DNA of 64,000 bases from Acidobacteriota bacterium (GTDB lineage: Bacteria > Acidobacteriota > Vicinamibacteria > Vicinamibacterales > UBA2999): the NCBI GenBank assembly GCA_016190945.1, contig JACPPO010000014.1, positions 6,303 to 70,302 on the forward strand, read 5' to 3'. The stretch's first letter is position 1. Each line of letters begins with the position of its first letter. Both the position numbers and the translations under genes were made by a program. A model generated the notes under the pieces. It did not search any database and was not told the DNA's origin. It was given only the letters and a program-made list of their open reading frames with translations. Below, piece after piece: positions 58,879-64,000 of the stretch.

Positions 58879-60249
58879 TCAATCGAGATTCGCAATCTCT
58901 TGATACAGATACGCCGAGGCGATGATTCCGTTGTGAAAGTTACCGAGATCGAGCTTCTCGTTCGGCGCGTGCGCGTTCTCGTCGGGGAGCCCAATCCCGA
59001 AGAGCACGCTCGGCAGCCCAAGCTCCTCCCGGAACGTTGAGACGACGGGGATCGAGCCTCCCTCGCGGCTGAACACCGGCGCCTGACCGAATCCCTGCTG
59101 GACCGCGCGGCCTGCCGCACGCACGTACTTGTTGTCGAACTCGGTCATCCACGGCTTGCCGCCGTGCATGCGGGTGAGCTTGAGCTGCACCGTCGCCGGA
59201 CAGACCTTCCTCACGTAGGCCTCGAACAGCTCCTCGATCCTGTTCGGATCCTGATCCGGCACGAGCCGCATACTGACCTTCGCCATCGAGACGGCTGGAA
59301 GAACCGTCTTGGCGCCCTCACCGGTGAAGCCGGAGAGCAACCCGTTCACCTCGAAGGTGGGGCGTGCCCACACCCGCTCGAGCGTCGAGTAGCCCTTCTC
59401 GCCGAACAGGCGCGGCGCGCCAAGCTCCTTGCGATACTTCGTCTCGTTGAACGGCAGCTTCTTCCATTCCGCGCGCTCGGCGTCGCCGAGCGGCCTGACA
59501 TCGTCATAAAACCCGGGAATCCTGACGCGGCCACCACGGTCCTTCATCTGCGCCAGCACCTGCGCCAGCACGAGCGCCGGGTTGGCCACCGCGCCGCCGA
59601 ACGCGCCGGAGTGCAGATCGCTCCTGGTGCCGCGCAGGTCAAGCTGGAAGTAGACCAGACCGCGAAGGCCGTAGCAGATCGAGGGAATCCCTCGATCGAA
59701 CATCGGAGAGTCGGAAATCACGACCACGTCGGCGGCGAGATCCTTCTTGTGGCTACGGATGAAATCATCAAGGTGGACGCTTCCGACTTCCTCCTCGCCC
59801 TCGATGAAACACTTGATATTGACCGGCAGTCCGCCCGTCTTCTTGATGTACGCCTCGATGGCCTTGATGTGCATGAACACCTGGCCCTTGTCGTCGGCCG
59901 CGCCACGGGCGTACAGCTCCCCGTCGCGCACGGTGGCCTCGAAAGGCGGCGTGGTCCACAGGTCGAGCGGGTCGACCGGCTGCACATCGTAGTGACCGTA
60001 ATACAGGATGGTCGGCTTGCCAGGTGCGCCGAGCCACTCGCCGTAGACGACCGGGTGGCCTGGAGTGTCGATCAGGCGGACCTGCTGCATGCCCGCCGAG
60101 CGAAGCGCCTCGGCCGTCCACTCGGCGGCGCGGCGCACGTCGCCCGCATGCTGCGGCAGCGCGCTGATGCTCGGGATCGCGAGGTACTGCTTCAGTTCAT
60201 CGACGTACCGGTCGCGGCTGACGTTGATGAAATCGAGAACGTCGTTCAT
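58879..60249 (-). CDS. M20-family dipeptidase
   Basis: YGHYDVQP, ARGAADDKG, EGEEEVGS, and a C-terminal NAHAPNE. Confidence 0.9.
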   Translation of the reverse strand: MNDVLDFINVSRDRYVDELKQYLAIPSISALPQHAGDVRRAAEWTAEALRSAGMQQVRLIDTPGHPVVYGEWLGAPGKPTILYYGHYDVQPVDPLDLWTTPPFEATVRDGELYARGAADDKGQVFMHIKAIEAYIKKTGGLPVNIKCFIEGEEEVGSVHLDDFIRSHKKDLAADVVVISDSPMFDRGIPSICYGLRGLVYFQLDLRGTRSDLHSGAFGGAVANPALVLAQVLAQMKDRGGRVRIPGFYDDVRPLGDAERAEWKKLPFNETKYRKELGAPRLFGEKGYSTLERVWARPTFEVNGLLSGFTGEGAKTVLPAVSMAKVSMRLVPDQDPNRIEELFEAYVRKVCPATVQLKLTRMHGGKPWMTEFDNKYVRAAGRAVQQGFGQAPVFSREGGSIPVVSTFREELGLPSVLFGIGLPDENAHAPNEKLDLGNFHNGIIASAYLYQEIANLD

Positions 60250-60277
60250 GACTGGAGAGTCTTCTCGAAAAGCGCAG

Positions 60278-60303
60278 GACGCCGCTCCGTTGGAGCGGCG
60301 TCT
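60278..60303 (-). terminator. GC-rich hairpin followed by a TTTT run, between the Pcs-like gene and the M20 gene
   Basis: The minus strand reads GACGCCGCTCC-AACG-GGAGCGGCGTC (11-bp perfect stem), followed by CTGCGCTTTTCGAG. The stem ends 28 nt before the M20 ATG. The U-tract is short and offset. Confidence 0.45.
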
Positions 60304-60447
60304 GGAACCGCGCTCACCAGGGGTGTCCTTCGACTAGTCACCATCAGTTCGGATCTCCAGTAATGATATGCCACGCGTCGCCGGCGCGACGCACGCGGTC
60401 GTCGTGCTCGAGCGATGCCGGCGTGAAGGGCGAGCGGCGTCAAGGCG

Positions 60448-61134
60448 TCAGCGCGACCCCAGACGCCTCACCTCGAGCGCGAGTGAGAGCAGGAGGTAAT
60501 AGACGGGAAACACCAACGAGGTCCAGAAGATCGGCTGCGATACCGCCGGCATCTGCCAGAGCATCGCGACCATGAGCACGCCCCAGAGGACGCCAAACGC
60601 AATCGTCGGCGTGCGCAAAACGGGAGTGCGCGACGGGTAGACGTAGCGAACCGGCACAAAGACCAATCCAGCCAGTACCAGCACGAGCCCCGCATTCACC
60701 GCCGGCGTCCATCCTGCCAGATAGAGATAGAAGACCACGATGTTCCAGTACGACGGAAACCCTGTAAGAAACTGATCCGCCGTCTTCGCGTCAGCGCGGT
60801 TGAACCCGTACGCACTCGAGAGCAGCATCGCCGCGACGACGGCTACCGACCACCGATCCGGCACAAGGCGCGCATGCCAGACGAAAAACGCCGGAACGAA
60901 GACGTAGGTCAGGTAATCGACGATGTCGTCCAGCTTGGCGCCGTCGAACCGGGGAAGGCGCGAGGCGACGTCTGCGCGGCGGGCGAGAACGCCATCGGTG
61001 GTGTCGACGATGACCGAGAGAAAGAGCCAGAAGAAGGCGTCGCGGTAGCGGTCGCCGAAGATGCGATTCAGCGCGAGGAACGCAAACAGGGCGCCGCTTG
61101 CCGTGTAGAGGTGGACAAGCCAGGCGGTCGCCAC
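60448..61134 (-). CDS. pcs: CDP-alcohol phosphatidyltransferase, phosphatidylcholine-synthase-like
   Basis: DGVLARR-x11-GAKLDDIVD fits the D-G-x2-A-R...G-x3-D-x3-D motif. The N-terminal WLVHLYTASGA resembles bacterial Pcs as I recall it. Confidence 0.68.
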   Translation of the reverse strand: MATAWLVHLYTASGALFAFLALNRIFGDRYRDAFFWLFLSVIVDTTDGVLARRADVASRLPRFDGAKLDDIVDYLTYVFVPAFFVWHARLVPDRWSVAVVAAMLLSSAYGFNRADAKTADQFLTGFPSYWNIVVFYLYLAGWTPAVNAGLVLVLAGLVFVPVRYVYPSRTPVLRTPTIAFGVLWGVLMVAMLWQMPAVSQPIFWTSLVFPVYYLLLSLALEVRRLGSR

Positions 61135-61144
61135 GGCAAGGTCG

Positions 61145-62680
61145 CTACAGCCGGCGCACGGCCGCGGGAAAGTCGCGCCAGACCGGCACGCCGCAGAAGT
61201 GCGAGCCTTCCGTGCACCGAGGGGAGGTCAGACCGTTGCGAATGACGCAGGGCGGCCCGATGTAGCGGCCGATGCGCGGGTGCACGGCGCGCACCTGCTC
61301 GATTTCGTCCATCGACGCCAGGTAGATCTCCTCCTGCGCGTTGAAGCAGGTTCGCAGCGTCCACTTGTGGAGCAGCGCGAGCAGGGACCCCGATTCCACG
61401 AAGCGGAGCGTCTTGGCGTTCGGCAGCACGTACAGCGCGAACTCCAGGGGGACGCCGAGCTCGAGCAGGCGGTTCTTCGCGGCCCACGCCTCGCGCATGG
61501 CACGGTCGTATGTCGCGCGCGCGCAGGCATTCGCGGCGATGAGCCGCGGCGTGATGTAGTCGGGCCGCGACGTGTCGGCAAACGTCAGCAGGGGACGGGA
61601 CGCCGGCACCATGCGATGCCGCTGGTCCTGCGAGTCCGCCGTGTGGCTCAGCCGCTTCTCGAAGACGTAGTTGACGTGGTGCAGCGACCGCATCAGCGGC
61701 GAGTGGTACGACACGTTGAGGACGTCCAGCCGATACCGGTTCGCCGCCGGGTTCATCACCCGGTTGAGCGCCTCGTCGTCGGTCATCTCGTCCCGCTCCA
61801 GGCCGAAGACCGACCGGACCGAGTCGGCCACGATCGTCTCGGCATCGACCGAAGTGTCGCGGAGCCTCGACCATCTTCCGTCGAGCCGCGCGTCGAACGC
61901 GGCCGCGTACCGGTCGCCGCCGCCCCGCGGCGACGGAAACCCAGCCTCCGGCAGCGCGTCGGCCGCAATCGGGCTGAGCCCAACCTTCTCGAAGAACAGC
62001 GGATCCCATTCCTTCACCAGCCGCACCATCTCGCCAATCACGGCGCGCGCTTCGTGCGGCGCGTCGCTGGTGTTGGCCATGCGCTGCAGGCGATGGAGCA
62101 CGATGCCCGACAGCGTGTGCACCATCGAGGTGAACGCGCCGATGGGAATGACGTAGCGGGCGGTCTCGATCGCGCGCTTCTCCGCGTCGCGCTCGATCCG
62201 CTTCAACCGATCCGGGCTGGTGGTCGGCCGGACGTACCGCAGCGCTTTCAGAATCGCCAGCGCGTCGTCTTTGAGCAGGTCTGACAGCTCCGCGTAGCGG
62301 TCCCACGCGCGCACGATCGCCCGCTCGTAGACGTCGCGCGCCTCGCCGGCGACCGGCGGCACGAAGGCGCGCGGCTCCTTCAGCTTGACGTAGCGCTGGC
62401 TGGACTGCTCCGAGTTGTAGAAGGGATAGGAGTGCAAGAAGGTCCAGACGAACTGGCGCGACACGTTCTCGAGGCCGAACTCGAAGTGCGCGTGCTGGTA
62501 GACGGTGTGGTGCCCGGCGTCGAAGGTGAGCGCGCCGATCGTGTCGCGCTGGCTCTCGGTAATCTCGGTCGTGTCGATGACGCGCGGCGAGTAGCACGTC
62601 CGCGCCGCAGCGATGGCACCATCAAACGGCGTCGTGGGCGCGGTTCGCAGTGTGACCTTGGGTGGTGCGGTGGACAGCAC
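61145..62680 (-). CDS. Double-length ThyX-like (Thy1 fold x2) protein
   Basis: The N-terminal half reads GHHTVYQHAHFEFGLENVSRQF..HSYPFYNSEQSSQRY. The C-terminal half reads HHVNYVFEKRLSHTADSQDQRHRM and LPNAKTLRF...FNAQEEI. GTG start at 62680. Confidence 0.72.
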   Translation of the reverse strand: MLSTAPPKVTLRTAPTTPFDGAIAAARTCYSPRVIDTTEITESQRDTIGALTFDAGHHTVYQHAHFEFGLENVSRQFVWTFLHSYPFYNSEQSSQRYVKLKEPRAFVPPVAGEARDVYERAIVRAWDRYAELSDLLKDDALAILKALRYVRPTTSPDRLKRIERDAEKRAIETARYVIPIGAFTSMVHTLSGIVLHRLQRMANTSDAPHEARAVIGEMVRLVKEWDPLFFEKVGLSPIAADALPEAGFPSPRGGGDRYAAAFDARLDGRWSRLRDTSVDAETIVADSVRSVFGLERDEMTDDEALNRVMNPAANRYRLDVLNVSYHSPLMRSLHHVNYVFEKRLSHTADSQDQRHRMVPASRPLLTFADTSRPDYITPRLIAANACARATYDRAMREAWAAKNRLLELGVPLEFALYVLPNAKTLRFVESGSLLALLHKWTLRTCFNAQEEIYLASMDEIEQVRAVHPRIGRYIGPPCVIRNGLTSPRCTEGSHFCGVPVWRDFPAAVRRL

Positions 62681-62745
62681 GGAGCACGCATTATAAATCT
62701 TCGGTCGATTACCGACCTATCCTCACAATCGCCGCGCATACTCTC

Positions 62746-62841
62746 GCGCCAGACCGCCCCGCATCGCCCGCCCTCAGCGATCGCCCCCGCGATCGATGCC
62801 TTGTGGACATCCAACCCAACGAACGTGCTCCGGGTTGCCAT
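62746..62841 (-). mobile_element. IS110-family transposase gene, 5' remnant only
   Basis: MATRSTFVGLDVHKASIAGAIAEGGR matches the conserved IS110 N-terminus (vGlDvHK...). Similarity is lost after about 30 codons, and only ~160 nt remain before thyX. Confidence 0.5.
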
Positions 62842-62942
62842 GACCGGCCTCCTCGTTGGTGGCTCTGTGCGAAGTGGTCGCCCTCCGCATAATCCACGAG
62901 GTAACGAGACGTAGGTCACGGAATCTGCGTGCGGTCGGGCTC

Positions 62943-62963
62943 AGCTACCCTCGACCAACTACC
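62943..62963 (-). repeat. Short copy of the GGTAGYT heptamer motif (the minus strand reads GGTAGTT GGTCGAG GGTAGCT)
   Basis: The plus strand reads AGCTACC CTCGACC AACTACC. Only three units are present. Confidence 0.5.
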
Positions 62964-63043
62964 CGCCGCCGAGCAGGCCCCCCACCCAAGAGCGGGGCTT
63001 GCGCAGGCGGCCGGCGAAGGAGCGAGCCCGACACCCATTCTGT

Positions 63044-63343
63044 CTAGGCAACTCTCGATCTGCCACCGACGACGACCTGGACTCGGACACCGGCATGACC
63101 AAGCATGGCGACCAGGGTATCGATACTGAAGCGGTCGATTTTTCCTCTCACAAGGTCGCTGACCCTTGGCTGGGTCACGCCAAAGAGGCTTGCAGCTTGA
63201 GCTTGGGTGAGCCGCCGAGTCTCAATCAGCTTGCTGAGGCGGATCATCAGATTTGTCCGAATCTTGAGATTCTCCGCCTCTTCCTTGGAGAATCAGAGGT
63301 CGCGGAATACGTTACCGGTGGAGCGCCGAACTTTGACCGTCAC
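63044..63343 (-). pseudogene. XRE-family HTH antitoxin (HigA-like) interrupted by an in-frame TGA
   Basis: From GTG 63343 it reads VTVKVRRSTGNVFRDL-TGA(63295-63293)-FSKEEAENLKIRTNLMIRLSKLIETRRLTQAQAASLFGVTQPRVSDLVRGK... The family normally has NVFxDLGF at this point. Only the 67-aa distal part (from ATG 63247) remains as an ORF. Confidence 0.7.
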
Positions 63344-63689
63344 CGAGCCTCCTTCTTCTTCTGCCCTCGGAGACGGAGGAAATCGGCGAGGCGCCTGCGC
63401 GCCAACGCGATGTCCGCCTCTCGGGTCTGTGGCGTGCGCTCTCGAACGTATGGATGACGTAGACGGCGTCTTCGTGCTTCGCGACATAGAACACGCGGTG
63501 TTCGAGCTCGGTGTGTATCCGGATCTCGTACACGCCGGCGCCCACAGTTGTCATCGGTTTCCAATCATCGGGCATGCGGCCTTGCTGGACCCGCCCCAGT
63601 TGGTATCCGGCAGCTCGTCTGGCTTCGGCCGGAAACGTACGAACGTCCTCGAGCGACGACCCGAGCCAGGCGAGTGGCTTCTCGATCAT
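63340..63689 (-). pseudogene. Gp49/HigB-like RelE-superfamily toxin with a -1 frameshift
   Basis: The N-terminal frame reads MIEKPLAWLGSSLEDVRTFP...AVYVIHTFE. The expected continuation (K)RTPQTREADIALARRRLADF...* lies in the adjacent frame and ends at TGA 63342-63340, overlapping the antitoxin GTG. This is consistent with loss of one base in GAGAGCGC near 63440. Confidence 0.7.
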
Positions 63690-63728
63690 GGAAGAGTATA
63701 CACTTATTTGTATGTCGCGGCACGTTGC

Positions 63729-64000
63729 CTAACACGCGTATCTGGACCCCTCCGTCAAGAAAAAACGTCGAGTAAGTCGTTCCGCGAAGTTCTCTGGTTT
63801 CCGACTATTGTGGGCAAAGGCCAGCAACCGAATCACGCCGTCCCATTCCAGATACACGATGTGGTAGGGAAAGCGTGTAACCGGGAACCTTCGGGCGGGC
63901 ACGTCGTTCGGAACACCTGGAACGCGTCGGTGGGCCGATCTGTGGCCATCGAGCGATGCGCTCCAGCGCAGCGTCTACAGCCAGCACGAATTCACGACCA
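63729..64000 (-). pseudogene. RelE/ParE-family toxin gene, partial at the window edge and apparently frameshifted
   Basis: One frame reads ..AVDAALERIARWPQIGPP. The expected continuation ..RRFPVTRFPYHIVYLEWDGVIRLLAFAHNSRKP.. lies in another frame, ending at TAG 63731-63729. The shift falls near 63925-63935. The 5' end is outside the window. Confidence 0.5.

Noticed and set aside
63293-63295. TGA recoding (Gly or Sec) as an explanation for the in-frame TGA in the antitoxin.
   Set aside because: TGA is used as an ordinary stop by many well-defined genes in this window (for example mutS2, the RNase H neighbour, the GT2 genes and the E1 gene). No SECIS-like context was evident. A nonsense mutation or a base-call error is simpler.

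Overview
This is a high-G+C bacterial chromosomal window. Gene content looks Acidobacteriota-like, but I cannot prove taxonomy from the sequence alone. Most of it is core genome:
- the 3' end of mutS2, then dnaG-rpoD and one tRNA(CAU)
- a complete 14-gene dcw cluster on the minus strand (mraZ to ftsZ, 11.3-28.1 kb), followed on the same strand by a B12-type radical-SAM gene and a GT-C-like membrane protein
- ychF and a six-gene glycosyltransferase/NDP-sugar cluster (29.4-35.0 kb)
- murJ, an MFS transporter, a rhomboid protease, a fused E1 alpha/beta dehydrogenase and an ABC-2 exporter
- a beta-oxidation operon (49.8-56.6 kb), an M20 peptidase, a Pcs-like gene and a double-length ThyX-like gene

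I did not find a convincing new multi-gene system such as defence, secretion or CRISPR. The unexplained signal is small-scale:
1. A 1.4-kb segment bracketed by ~103-bp inverted repeats. It carries an intact DUF433/DUF5615 toxin-antitoxin pair and a start-less gene fragment.
2. Dispersed arrays of the heptamer GGTAGYT at three loci, each placing TAG in all three frames.
3. A 127-nt multi-stem element with strand-specific G-U pairs, inside an unusual 308-bp gap between murD and ftsW.
4. A near-consensus promoter whose three 10-bp-phased GTGGA boxes run into the mraZ start codon.
5. A decay zone at 62.7-64.0 kb: an IS110 5' remnant, a frameshifted higB-like gene, a TGA-interrupted antitoxin and a frameshifted parE-like gene. 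A decayed NHL-like gene lies separately at 45.6 kb.

All calls rest on reading the translations and sequence by eye. No searches or computations were run.
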